Assembly: GCA_026417735.1 (NCBI GenBank)
Contig: JAOACR010000009.1
Location: forward strand, 423,255-487,254
Origin: Kiritimatiellia bacterium
Lineage (GTDB): Bacteria; Verrucomicrobiota; Kiritimatiellia; PWTM01
Length of the DNA stretch: 64,000 nucleotides
Reading direction: 5' to 3'
In this document: in pieces, positions 9,493 to 18,610 of the stretch
Layout: each line of letters opens with the position of its first letter
Numbering within the stretch: position 1 is the first letter of the stretch
Translations under genes and position numbers: made by a program
Notes under the pieces: model-generated
Database searches by the model: none
The model's input: only the letters and a program-made list of their open reading frames with translations
What the model was told of the DNA's origin: nothing

Positions 9493-12400
9493 TCAGCTGA
9501 TCGAAGCGGAAGAATCCCGCGGCGGCGCGATCAGACGATACAACGCCGGGGTCGCGAAGAGCGACAGCAGCAGCGAAACCGTCAGCGCTCCGATCACGCC
9601 GATCGCCAGCGGCCGGAGCATGTCGGCCCCGTGGCCGATGCCCCAGGCCAATGGCAGCATCGCGAGCATCGTGGAGAGTGACGTCATCAGAATCGGGCGC
9701 AGTCGCCGGCGGCCGGCCAGTACCAGCGATTCATCCAGCGAATGACCGGCCGCCCGGAATTGACCGACACAATCCAGCATCAGAATTCCATTTTTGGCGA
9801 CGATGCCGACGCCGATGATGGCGCCGAGAAAGGAGACGATGTTCAACGAAGTACCGGTGATCCACACCCCCCCCACCGACCCTACCAGCGCCAAGACGGA
9901 GCCCGCGACAATCGCGGCCGGCTCCCGGAACGAGCGAAATTCGATCAACAACAACGTGAAGACCAGCACAATCGCCAGCGCGAGCACAATCGCGAGATTC
10001 CGAAAGGATTCGACCTGCTGCTCGTACAATCCGCCATACTCCACAACGCCCGGTGGAATATCGGGCTGGCGCGCGAGTCGCGCCCGAATGTCCGCGATGG
10101 CCGCGCCCAGGCCCCTTCCTTCAAGGGACGCGGTCACGGCGACCATCTGGCGCAAATTTTCCCTTCGCAGCTCCAGTTGGCCCGGCGTTTCCGCCACATC
10201 GGCGATCTGGCCGAGTGTGACAAGGCGGCCGGAGCGCGCACGTATCGGCAGATCGCGCAGCGACTCTGCTGTCGCCGAGCAGGCGGGGTCGCCGACCACG
10301 CGGATCGGGACCACGCGATCCGCCTCGCTGACCGTCGAAGCGACCTGTCCGAGCACTGCAATGTTCATTGCCTCGGCGACAGCTTCGACGGTCAGTCCGT
10401 GCCGCGCCACCTCGTCGTGACGGACTCGCAGGGCCAGCGTAGGCCCCGTCATCCTCAGCCCGTCACTGGTGTCGACGACTCCCGGCACCTCCTCGATGAG
10501 CCGGCGAACCTTCGGCGCGGTGCGCATCAACCAGGCGGTGTCGGTGGAAAACAGCTTCACCTCGATCGGGTCCGGCGCCCATGTGAGGTCACCGACAAGA
10601 TCAGCGAGGATGCCGGGGAACTCCCATTCGATGCCCGGAAGCGCCCGATTCAACTTTTGCCGGAGCTCCGATTTGATTTCCTCGGTGGTGCGGCGGCGGT
10701 CCGGCCGCAGCTTGACCAGGATATCGCCCTTGTTCGGCTCAGCGATCGCCAGCGCCAGACGGGCGCCGGTGCGGCGCGAGTACCCTTCCAGCTCCGGCGT
10801 TTCGCGCAGAATGGTTTCCGCTTGTTGCAGCATTCGATCAGTTTCTTCGAGGCTGGTCCCCCACGGCGTCAAGTAGTCAATGACAAAGCCGCCTTCGTCC
10901 ATCGCGGGCAAGAAGGCCGTCTCGAGCCGCCGGTACAGCGCCGCGCCCGCGGTCGCCACGGCGAGCACCACCAGCAGCAACGCCCACCGCCACCGCAGCG
11001 TGCCTCGCAGCGCGGCCCCGAAGCCCGCCAGCAGCAACTGCATCCACGGCCCCTCCTGTGCCGGGCCGGTTCGGCCGTGCTTGGCCGGTCGCAAACACCA
11101 GGACGCGAGCGCGGGAGTCAGCGTGACGGCCAGCACCAGTGACGCCAGCAGTGCGACCACCATCGTCACCGCCAGTGCCCGAAAAAACACGCCGGGCAAA
11201 CCGTCGAGAAACGCCAAGGGTGCAAACACCACCACGGGCATCAGCGTCGAACCGATGAGCGGACGCAGGATCGCACCCAGGGCCCGCCCGATCGCATCCT
11301 CGGGAGAACCACCGCCCGCCGTCTCCCGCACGATGCTCTCCACGACCACGATCGCGTCGTCGATGATCACGCCGATCGCGGCCGCGATACCGCCAAGCGT
11401 CATCAGATTGAACGTCATCCCCGCCGCGAGGATCGCAACCACGGTGGCGAACACCGAAACGGGAATCACCACGACTGCGGTCAGCACGCTCCCCCAGCTG
11501 TTCAAAAAACCATAGAGGATCAGAACCGCGAAGATCAGACCCACCCCGATGGATTCCCAGACGCTTCGGACGGACTCGCGCACGAAGAGCGACTGGTCGT
11601 AATAAAAGGACAGTTCGACGTCCGGCGGCAGCACGTGGCGCAGCTCCCGCAGCTCCCGCTGCAGATTGCGTGCGATCGCCAGGATGCTGCTGCCCCGAGG
11701 TTGCGCACGGATGTTCATCAGAACCGCGGGACGGCCCTGGGCATTGACGAAGTTGAACACCGGCTCCGGGCCCCGTTCCACGCGGGCGACGTCGCCGATG
11801 CGCACCGGCGACCCGTCGCGCACCGCCAGCGGGAGCGCCGCCAGCTCCTCCGCTGAGCGGGCCCGCCCCTCGGTCATCGCGAGGTAGATCGTGTAGTTCT
11901 CCGAGTGAAACCCGGCCGGCTCGATCCGATTGTTTGCACGAAGGCCCTCGACCACGTCATGCATGCCCAGTCCCAGTGCGGCGAGCCGCAGGGGATCCAC
12001 CACCACGTGGTACTCGGGCATTCGGCCGCCCACCAGATCCACCCGCGCAACACCCTCAAGGCGCATGAACCTCGGCTTCAGCTCGTACCTCGCCAGCTCC
12101 CACAGCTCCATGATGTCCCGGCCCGGGCTCGTCACGCTGATGCCGATGATCGGAAACGCATTGAAGGTCAGTCGCCAGACGGTCGCCTTTGCAGTGGCTG
12201 GCAGCTCGTTCTTCAGTTGCGCGACACGGTTGAGCACATAGAGCTCCGACCGCGGCATGTCCGCACGCCAGTTGAAAAACACGTTGACCTCCGCCGAGCC
12301 TCGCCCGGTGGCCGAGCGCACCTGCGTAACGCCCGGGATGTCTTTCATCGCCTCCTCGACCGGTCGCGTGATGGTGGCCATCATTTCGTCGGCCGGCATC

Positions 12401-12591
12401 GCGCCGTTGTCGATCAACACCACACAGCGGGGGAAATCCGTCTCGGGGAACACCGAGGAGGGCGTTCGCAAGGACCCATAGATCCCGCCGACGCACAGTG
12501 CGAGCGTCACAAAAATAATCGCCAGCCGGTGCCGGTTCGCAAACCGTCCGATCCGACTGCCATCCGGACTCAGCGTCGTGCCCGTACTCAT
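9493..12591 (-). CDS. RND efflux transporter permease subunit (AcrB/CusA superfamily)
   Basis: 1032 aa from ATG 12591. TM4 GVIIDDAIVVVE, TM10 GIVAKNGIL, RRLRPILMT, PLAIGVIG. Confidence 0.95.
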   Translation of the reverse strand: MSTGTTLSPDGSRIGRFANRHRLAIIFVTLALCVGGIYGSLRTPSSVFPETDFPRCVVLIDNGAMPADEMMATITRPVEEAMKDIPGVTQVRSATGRGSAEVNVFFNWRADMPRSELYVLNRVAQLKNELPATAKATVWRLTFNAFPIIGISVTSPGRDIMELWELARYELKPRFMRLEGVARVDLVGGRMPEYHVVVDPLRLAALGLGMHDVVEGLRANNRIEPAGFHSENYTIYLAMTEGRARSAEELAALPLAVRDGSPVRIGDVARVERGPEPVFNFVNAQGRPAVLMNIRAQPRGSSILAIARNLQRELRELRHVLPPDVELSFYYDQSLFVRESVRSVWESIGVGLIFAVLILYGFLNSWGSVLTAVVVIPVSVFATVVAILAAGMTFNLMTLGGIAAAIGVIIDDAIVVVESIVRETAGGGSPEDAIGRALGAILRPLIGSTLMPVVVFAPLAFLDGLPGVFFRALAVTMVVALLASLVLAVTLTPALASWCLRPAKHGRTGPAQEGPWMQLLLAGFGAALRGTLRWRWALLLVVLAVATAGAALYRRLETAFLPAMDEGGFVIDYLTPWGTSLEETDRMLQQAETILRETPELEGYSRRTGARLALAIAEPNKGDILVKLRPDRRRTTEEIKSELRQKLNRALPGIEWEFPGILADLVGDLTWAPDPIEVKLFSTDTAWLMRTAPKVRRLIEEVPGVVDTSDGLRMTGPTLALRVRHDEVARHGLTVEAVAEAMNIAVLGQVASTVSEADRVVPIRVVGDPACSATAESLRDLPIRARSGRLVTLGQIADVAETPGQLELRRENLRQMVAVTASLEGRGLGAAIADIRARLARQPDIPPGVVEYGGLYEQQVESFRNLAIVLALAIVLVFTLLLIEFRSFREPAAIVAGSVLALVGSVGGVWITGTSLNIVSFLGAIIGVGIVAKNGILMLDCVGQFRAAGHSLDESLVLAGRRRLRPILMTSLSTMLAMLPLAWGIGHGADMLRPLAIGVIGALTVSLLLSLFATPALYRLIAPPRDSSASIS

Positions 12592-12608
12592 GGTCTCGAG
12601 GCCACGGC

Positions 12609-13661
12609 TCAGCGGGAAACGACGCGAACCCGGGCGCCGTCGGGCAACGCATACGCGCCCACAGTGACCACCGTCGCACCCGGCTTCAATCCCTCCGCGG
12701 CCACCTCGACCAGTCCGGTGTCTTGCAGACCCCGCCGGACCTGAATCCGACGCGCACGGTTGCCGTCCACCAGCCGAATCTCGCTGACGCCTCCATGATC
12801 GGTGTAGACGCTGGCGAGCGGAACCGCGAGGCATCCGACGTGTTCTTCGACCACCACGCGCGCCCGGGCAAACTGGCCGGCTCGCAGACTCGTCCCCCGA
12901 GGCAAACGAATCCGAACACCGACCATGTCCGTGCCCGGCGAGGCCTCGTGCGCGACAGACTGAACAACCCCGGTCACCGCGATGCCGCTCGCCTCCACAA
13001 GGGCGATCTGGCCCGCCCGCAGCCGGTTCGCGACCGCGGCGGGCGCGGCCGCCGCAAACACCAACCGCTCCGGGGAGAGAATCCGGACCAGCGGCTGGCC
13101 CGCGATCGCGAGTTCTCCCGCCCGCGCCCACACCCGTTCCGCAACGCCCGCAATCGGCGATACGAGATCGCACCGCGACCGGCTCGCCTCCGCTCCGGCG
13201 ACGGTCTGCACCGCAATCGCATGCCGTTCTTCCGCTTCAAGGAGATCTCGTTGTGACGTTGCATCGTGCTCCAGCAACCGTCGTTGCCGCTCCAGTGCGG
13301 CCGACGCCGCCGCCAGTTCCGCCCGCGCTCGAGCCACCGCCGCCTCCGCGACACGAGCGTCCAGCCGCACGAGACGGCGTCCACATCCGATCCACTCCCC
13401 CTCACAAACCTCTACCGACTCAATCCACGCGTTTTCGGCCGCCGCCAGCACCGCAATCGCGGCCGGCTCAGCATCCTCGGCAGGGGCCGGCTCGAGCGTT
13501 CCGTACACCGTCAACCGCGCGCACAGCGTGGTCGCAACGATGGACGCCGTCTGCACGGTGACCTCCGCCTCATCCGGCGACGCTGCAACGGCGCCAGTGG
13601 CCCAGCACAGCATCAGCGCGAGAACGCCCCGCGCAACCGGACGGTGAATCGCAGTCGTCAT
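12609..13661 (-). CDS. RND periplasmic adaptor (membrane fusion protein)
   Basis: ATG 13661 overlaps the TolC stop (TGATG). Signal peptide, lipoyl halves (VCEGEW..., SPIAG), alpha-hairpin, C-terminal 'GLKPGATVV'. Confidence 0.92.
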   Translation of the reverse strand: MTTAIHRPVARGVLALMLCWATGAVAASPDEAEVTVQTASIVATTLCARLTVYGTLEPAPAEDAEPAAIAVLAAAENAWIESVEVCEGEWIGCGRRLVRLDARVAEAAVARARAELAAASAALERQRRLLEHDATSQRDLLEAEERHAIAVQTVAGAEASRSRCDLVSPIAGVAERVWARAGELAIAGQPLVRILSPERLVFAAAAPAAVANRLRAGQIALVEASGIAVTGVVQSVAHEASPGTDMVGVRIRLPRGTSLRAGQFARARVVVEEHVGCLAVPLASVYTDHGGVSEIRLVDGNRARRIQVRRGLQDTGLVEVAAEGLKPGATVVTVGAYALPDGARVRVVSR

Positions 13662-15016
13662 CAAGGGGAATCCTCCTGGTGGCGACCGTCCGACGTGCCC
13701 GGCACGCACGTGCCCGGCGCCTCGGAACGTTGGAGCAGATCGTCCAGTTCGCCGACCGCCGCCCGTCGCCGCCACCGGGCACGGGCCACCTCGAGTCGCG
13801 CGCGGAGCAGTTCGGACCGGGCCACGAGCACCTCGGCGAGCGGGAGTTCTCCGACCGATCGCCTCGCCTCAGCAACAGCCAGCTGACGGGCCGAACTCTG
13901 CTCCAATTCCAGCGCCGCCTTCCACTGCCGATCGGCGTCCTCACAGGCCACAAACGCCGCGTCCACCTCGGTGCGAATTCGAACTTGCATTTCGCGCACT
14001 CTGCTGGCGGCCTCTTCGCAGCGCGCCGCGGCCTCCGCGAGCGCGCCACGCCCCCGGCTCAGGAGGGGGAGATCGACGCTGGCGATCAGGGACCATTTGT
14101 TCTCCCGCTGGTCATACTCGTAGGCCGGACCGATCGTGATGCTTGGAAGTTGCGCGGCCGACGCCAGCAGCACGGCCGCCCGCGCCGCCGCGTACTCCTC
14201 CAGCGCCGCCAGCAGATCGCTTCGATGCGTCACCGCAGCGTGCTGAGCGTCCGCCACGCTTTCGGGAAACCGACGCACATCGAGAGCCTCCACCGCCAGC
14301 TCCGCGCCCGCAAACGTGGTCGCCGGCACACCCACAACCGCCGCCAACTGCTGGCCGGCCATCGACTCCGCACCCGCGGCCTTGACCGCCTCCAGATGAG
14401 ACTGCCGCGCCAGCGCGATGGCAGCGGCTGCGTCCGTCGCGGACATCTCCCCGAGCCGGTGCTGTTTCGCAACCAGCTCCGCGCGGCGCGCGAGCACCGC
14501 CGCCCATTCCTCGGTGAGCTGACGGATTTCCCGCGCTTCGCCGAGCAGGAGCACCGCTTCACGCACGGCCCGTCGGATTCGCCACGCTGATCCCTCGGCC
14601 CGCTTCGCCGCGGCGTCCGCCCGCCGGCGAGCCGCCTCAATCCGCGGCGACCTCCGGCCGACCGCTTCGATGGGCACGCTGAGCGCAACCGAGACGATCC
14701 AGGGACTCGGCTCGGTGACGGAGGCATTGTAGCCGGGCGACAGCGAAAGAGTCGGATTCGGTCGTTCCGCCGCCGCGAGGATCGCGGCGCGCGCCGTCTC
14801 CGCTTCGCGGCAGGCGAGCTCATGCTCCGGATTGCGGCGCAGCGCGAGCGCCGTCAGTTCTTCGAGAGTCCAGCGCCGCGGCACGCGTTCTACCTCGTTC
14901 ATCTCAGCCCGAGCGATCCGCGCGCGGACAGGTTGGGGCGGAGCCGGGGTGACATGCGCGCAGCCGAGCACCGCCACTGCCACAGGGATCGCCGAGGCCG
15001 ACGCCCGCATTCTCAC
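13661..15016 (-). CDS. TolC-family outer membrane factor (lipoprotein)
   Basis: GTG 15016 (or ATG 15010) after SD GGAAGGA. Lipobox VLGC, 'ALRRNPE', two OEP repeats (PNPTLS, RSDL...LPSIT). Confidence 0.92.
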   Translation of the reverse strand: MRMRASASAIPVAVAVLGCAHVTPAPPQPVRARIARAEMNEVERVPRRWTLEELTALALRRNPEHELACREAETARAAILAAAERPNPTLSLSPGYNASVTEPSPWIVSVALSVPIEAVGRRSPRIEAARRRADAAAKRAEGSAWRIRRAVREAVLLLGEAREIRQLTEEWAAVLARRAELVAKQHRLGEMSATDAAAAIALARQSHLEAVKAAGAESMAGQQLAAVVGVPATTFAGAELAVEALDVRRFPESVADAQHAAVTHRSDLLAALEEYAAARAAVLLASAAQLPSITIGPAYEYDQRENKWSLIASVDLPLLSRGRGALAEAAARCEEAASRVREMQVRIRTEVDAAFVACEDADRQWKAALELEQSSARQLAVAEARRSVGELPLAEVLVARSELLRARLEVARARWRRRAAVGELDDLLQRSEAPGTCVPGTSDGRHQEDSP

Positions 15017-15044
15017 GCCGATCTTTCCTTCCGTTGGGTGGTCG

Positions 15045-15109
15045 TCAGGAGTTATCAGCGCGAGAACATCGCGCGGTTGTCCCGCGAGGGGGCGGCAAAC
15101 CCCATTGCC
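15045..15109 (-). promoter_or_regulatory. Fluoride riboswitch (crcB RNA motif)
   Basis: - strand GGCAAUGGGGUUUGCC-GCCCCCUCGCGGGAC-AACC-GCGCGA-UGUUC-UCGCGC-UGAU-AACUCC-UGA. Shows stem GGCAA/UUGCC, pseudoknot GGGGUU/AACUCC, stem GCGCGA/UCGCGC and the conserved AUGG and GCURAU nucleotides. Confidence 0.9.
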
Positions 15110-15213
15110 GCGGTCCGCCACAAGGACGTACTGATCACATAACGAGCGGAGCGCTCAAATATGATGCGCCCGCGAAAGGGCAAGCCCGGCTGCGGGCGGC
15201 ATGCAGCGACGTG

Positions 15214-16014
15214 TCAGTGCAGCCGGCGGGCGAGGAGCCACGCCACGGCGTAGGTGGCAATCACGCCGCCCTCCGGCACCGCGTGCGCGCGGTCGTAGTC
15301 GGTCACCAATGCGGCCAGTTCGCCACGCACCAGCGGCGCAACCGGCCGATAGCGGACACCGCCGGTGAGACCCTGATCGTGCAGCCCGCGCAGCAGCTCG
15401 CTTGCGGAGGGATAGACCCGACGGATCGCGTACTCGCCCTCCCCCACCCGCCGCAGCCCCAGCTGGTCCGCAATCAGGCGCAGCTCCGCCAGCGTCGGCA
15501 TCGGACCCACCTCGCTTTTCGCCGGCACGACCCGCGCGAGCGACTCCCTCAGCTCCCGCAGCGTTCCTTCGACCATCAGCGACACGGCCAGCAGACCGCC
15601 TGGCGCCAGGCAGTTCGCCAGATTCTCCATCGCATCGCAGAGCGACGGCGCCCAGTGGAGCGAGGCGTTGCTCACCACCAGCGGATACGGTAGCGCGGGC
15701 CGAAACAGCGCAAACTCGCTCTGCAACCAGCGCACGCAGGGAGCGGAAATGTGCGCGCGGGCGGTATCGAGCATCGCCTCCGAGATGTCGAACGCGTCCA
15801 CGCGGGACCGCGGGAACCGCTCCAGCAACAGGCGGGTGAGGATGCCGCTCCCGCAGCCCGCATCGAGGATCCGCAACGGCTCCTCGATGTCCGCGAGGTG
15901 TTCCACCAGCCGTGCGGCGGTTTCCCGCTGCACATCGGCCTGCAAATCGTAGCGCGCGGCGCCACGGTTGAACCGCGCATGGGTGCTACGAAGGTGTCGA
16001 AGCGCGTCGCTCAC
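15214..16014 (-). CDS. bioC: Malonyl-ACP O-methyltransferase BioC
   Basis: RFNRGAARYD...VQ, SAM motif ILDAGCGSG, SNASLHW, GTLREL; follows bioF-bioH. Confidence 0.88.
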   Translation of the reverse strand: MSDALRHLRSTHARFNRGAARYDLQADVQRETAARLVEHLADIEEPLRILDAGCGSGILTRLLLERFPRSRVDAFDISEAMLDTARAHISAPCVRWLQSEFALFRPALPYPLVVSNASLHWAPSLCDAMENLANCLAPGGLLAVSLMVEGTLRELRESLARVVPAKSEVGPMPTLAELRLIADQLGLRRVGEGEYAIRRVYPSASELLRGLHDQGLTGGVRYRPVAPLVRGELAALVTDYDRAHAVPEGGVIATYAVAWLLARRLH

Positions 16015-16718
16015 ATTTGCGAATCGCTAAGTTTACACACTAACACATCCCGAACATTCTCGCCACATGTCCAGGGCAGAGCATGGCCCGCGCCCGCAAT
16101 CACGCGGGCGACAGCGCCCAGCCGGCGCGCGCTTTCGATGCCGGCCGAGGCGGGGATCACCGCATCGAGCTCGCCATGCAACCAGCCCAGCGGGCAGCTC
16201 GGTGCCTCACGGTCGCGCAGGTCCAGCGTCGCCAGCACGTCGAGCGCCGCAGCGAGCCGGTCGGCAGTGGAGCCGGCGGGCGGGGGAGGCGGCTGCGGCG
16301 GACCGCCACCGGCAGCAACGTCACGGTAGAACGCCGCGAGTGCGCGCGTGGCGTCGCGCAGCACCGCGCGCCGCAGCGCGCGCACCGCCGAGATCGGCCG
16401 GCCGAGGGGCCAGTCCGGTGCCGCGCAAAAGCGGAGCGTGCCGGCCAAAACCAGCAGCGCGGCCACCGCCGGAGCGCCGGGCCGCGTGAGCGCATCGAGC
16501 GCAACCATCGCGCCCATGGACCAGCCCACCACCGCTGGCGGCGCAGGGCACTGCCGAAGACGAGCGGCCAGCTCAGACGACCAGGCGGCGGGATCCACGC
16601 CCAGATCGTTCAGTTCGATGGTGACGGACGCGATGCCGGCGGCCTCCAGCACCGCGACGGTCGGTCGCCACCAGCCACGGCCGATCGCCCAGCCGCCGAC
16701 CAGCCACACTTCGCTCAC
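16011..16718 (-). CDS. bioH: Pimeloyl-ACP methyl ester esterase BioH-like alpha/beta hydrolase
   Basis: GTG 16718 overlaps the bioF stop. GGW, nucleophile GWSMG, HGELDAVIP, GAGHALP. Confidence 0.82.
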   Translation of the reverse strand: MSEVWLVGGWAIGRGWWRPTVAVLEAAGIASVTIELNDLGVDPAAWSSELAARLRQCPAPPAVVGWSMGAMVALDALTRPGAPAVAALLVLAGTLRFCAAPDWPLGRPISAVRALRRAVLRDATRALAAFYRDVAAGGGPPQPPPPPAGSTADRLAAALDVLATLDLRDREAPSCPLGWLHGELDAVIPASAGIESARRLGAVARVIAGAGHALPWTCGENVRDVLVCKLSDSQM

Positions 16719-17860
16719 GAGGGCGGTACCCCCAGCACCCGGCCGATAATCTCGGCGGCGGCGTCCGTTTCCGCCGGCGTGAGATTCAATGTGACAGAGA
16801 ACCGGATCCGTGCCGCACCCTCCGGGACAGTGGGCGGGCGGATCGCCACCGCGTGCACGCCGCTCGCGCGCAAACGCCCGGCCGCCTCCATCGCCCACCG
16901 GTCCTCGCCCAGAATCACCGGCACGATCGGGCAATCGCCTGCGGCCACCGGCAGACCGGCCCCGTGCAGCCGCTCGCGGAACCGGGCGGCGCGCCGGCGC
17001 AGCTCCGCGGGCCGCTCCGGCTCGCGCTCGAGCACCTCGACTGCCGCCAGAGCCGCCGCGGCCGCCACCGGCGAGAGGCCGGTCGAGTACATCAGCGAGC
17101 GGGCCGCCTGCACGAGCCACTCGCGCAGCTGCGCGCTGCCGGCGACAAATCCCCCCTGGGAACCGAGCGCCTTGCTCAGCGTGCCCATCGCCACCACTCC
17201 CGGTCCCGAAAGCCCGCACTCCACTAGTGCGCCGGCGCCGCCGGGGCCATACACGCCCAGCGCGTGCGCCTCGTCCACATACAGCAGCGCGCCATGCTCC
17301 TCTGCCAGACGCGCCAGTTCGGGGAGCGGCGCGCGATCCCCGTCCATCGAGAACACCGACTCGGTGACGATCATCCGCCGACCGCTCGGGGGGGCCGCCC
17401 GCAGCAGCTGCTCGAGATGGGCGGGGTCGTTGTGCTGGAACCGTCGCAGCACCGCGCCGGAGAGCCGCGCGCCGTCGAGCAGGCTCGCGTGCACCAGCCG
17501 GTCCGCGAACACGACGTCGCCACGGCCCACCAGCGCCGAAATCACCCCGACATTGGCCGCGTAGCCGGAGGAAAAGACGAGCGCGGCCTCCGTGCGCTTC
17601 AGCCTCGCCAGCCGCTGCTCCAGCTCCACGTGCACCGGGCGGCGGCCACACAGGTGCGGCGAGGCGGTGGCGCCCACCCCCCATGTGCGCGCCGCCGCCA
17701 CCGCCGCCTCGATCACCGCCGGATGACGTGCAAGCCCGAGGTAGTCGTTCGACGAGAGGTTCAACCCTTCCACCTCGGTCCCGTCCGGAAGCCGCCGCCG
17801 CCGACCACGCTCGGTCAGCCGGCCGAGCTCCGCGCCGATCCAGTCGAGCGGGCCGCTCAT
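16715..17860 (-). CDS. bioF: 8-amino-7-oxononanoate synthase
   Basis: SSNDYLGLA, SGYAAN, HASLLDG, ESVFSMDGD, DEAH, GTLSKALG, IRPPTVP. Confidence 0.96.
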   Translation of the reverse strand: MSGPLDWIGAELGRLTERGRRRRLPDGTEVEGLNLSSNDYLGLARHPAVIEAAVAAARTWGVGATASPHLCGRRPVHVELEQRLARLKRTEAALVFSSGYAANVGVISALVGRGDVVFADRLVHASLLDGARLSGAVLRRFQHNDPAHLEQLLRAAPPSGRRMIVTESVFSMDGDRAPLPELARLAEEHGALLYVDEAHALGVYGPGGAGALVECGLSGPGVVAMGTLSKALGSQGGFVAGSAQLREWLVQAARSLMYSTGLSPVAAAAALAAVEVLEREPERPAELRRRAARFRERLHGAGLPVAAGDCPIVPVILGEDRWAMEAAGRLRASGVHAVAIRPPTVPEGAARIRFSVTLNLTPAETDAAAEIIGRVLGVPPS

Positions 17861-18606
17861 CGGGCGGGCGCGGCCGCCGGCCGCAGATCCAGCCGCCGCT
17901 CGCCGGCAAGGATCGCCTCAATATCCCAGGGGCCGGGCGAGGCAGCGCCGGCGCCGTGCAGCATCCGGGCGGACGCGCGCAGATGGACAATGCGGCGGCC
18001 ATTCACCTCGAGCGGAGTCCAGCGAACTTCCGCGGTGTCGGCGGTGAACGCGCTGCCCGGCTCCGTACCGACCGCTTCGAACCGTTTCGCCTGCCAGTGC
18101 AGCACCACCGGCAGCAGCGCATCCGGCGCCGGCGGACGGGCGCCGAAGGCCAGCGCAAGTGTCTGTTCCAGCCGTGCCCAGTCGCCGGTCGCGACCGCAC
18201 CGGTCACGTCCGCGCGCCACAGGACCGATCCGCCCGCGATGTCGATCCGTCGCACCGCAGGTTCACCGCGCCGCGGCCATCCCCATCGGATCGCGACACG
18301 GTCCGCGTGTACCTGGACGCCGGCACGGCTCGTGTCGCCAGTCGTTGCGACATTCCGCAGCACGAGCGTCGCCGGCGGCCACAGCGCGGCCGCGCCCACC
18401 GCCACCCTCGCACCCAGCCGCGCGGACAGCGCATCCGCGACATGCGCGCGAATGCCCTCTGTCCGCGCGAGGATCAGCAAGCTGAGATACAAAATCCCGA
18501 AGACAATCGATCCGAAGAACAGAAAACTGCGGACACCCGCCAGCGCATGCCGAAGGCTCCGCGCACTCGACGGCAGATCGTCCTCGTAGCGGATCTGTCT
18601 GGGCAC
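17857..18606 (-). CDS. Hypothetical membrane-anchored protein (AsmA-like N-terminus possible)
   Basis: Likely GTG at 18606 just after the proC stop; one N-terminal TM helix (FLFFGSIVFGILYLSLLIL); stop overlaps the bioF start. Confidence 0.6.
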   Translation of the reverse strand: MPRQIRYEDDLPSSARSLRHALAGVRSFLFFGSIVFGILYLSLLILARTEGIRAHVADALSARLGARVAVGAAALWPPATLVLRNVATTGDTSRAGVQVHADRVAIRWGWPRRGEPAVRRIDIAGGSVLWRADVTGAVATGDWARLEQTLALAFGARPPAPDALLPVVLHWQAKRFEAVGTEPGSAFTADTAEVRWTPLEVNGRRIVHLRASARMLHGAGAASPGPWDIEAILAGERRLDLRPAAAPAR

Positions 18607-18610
18607 CGCC

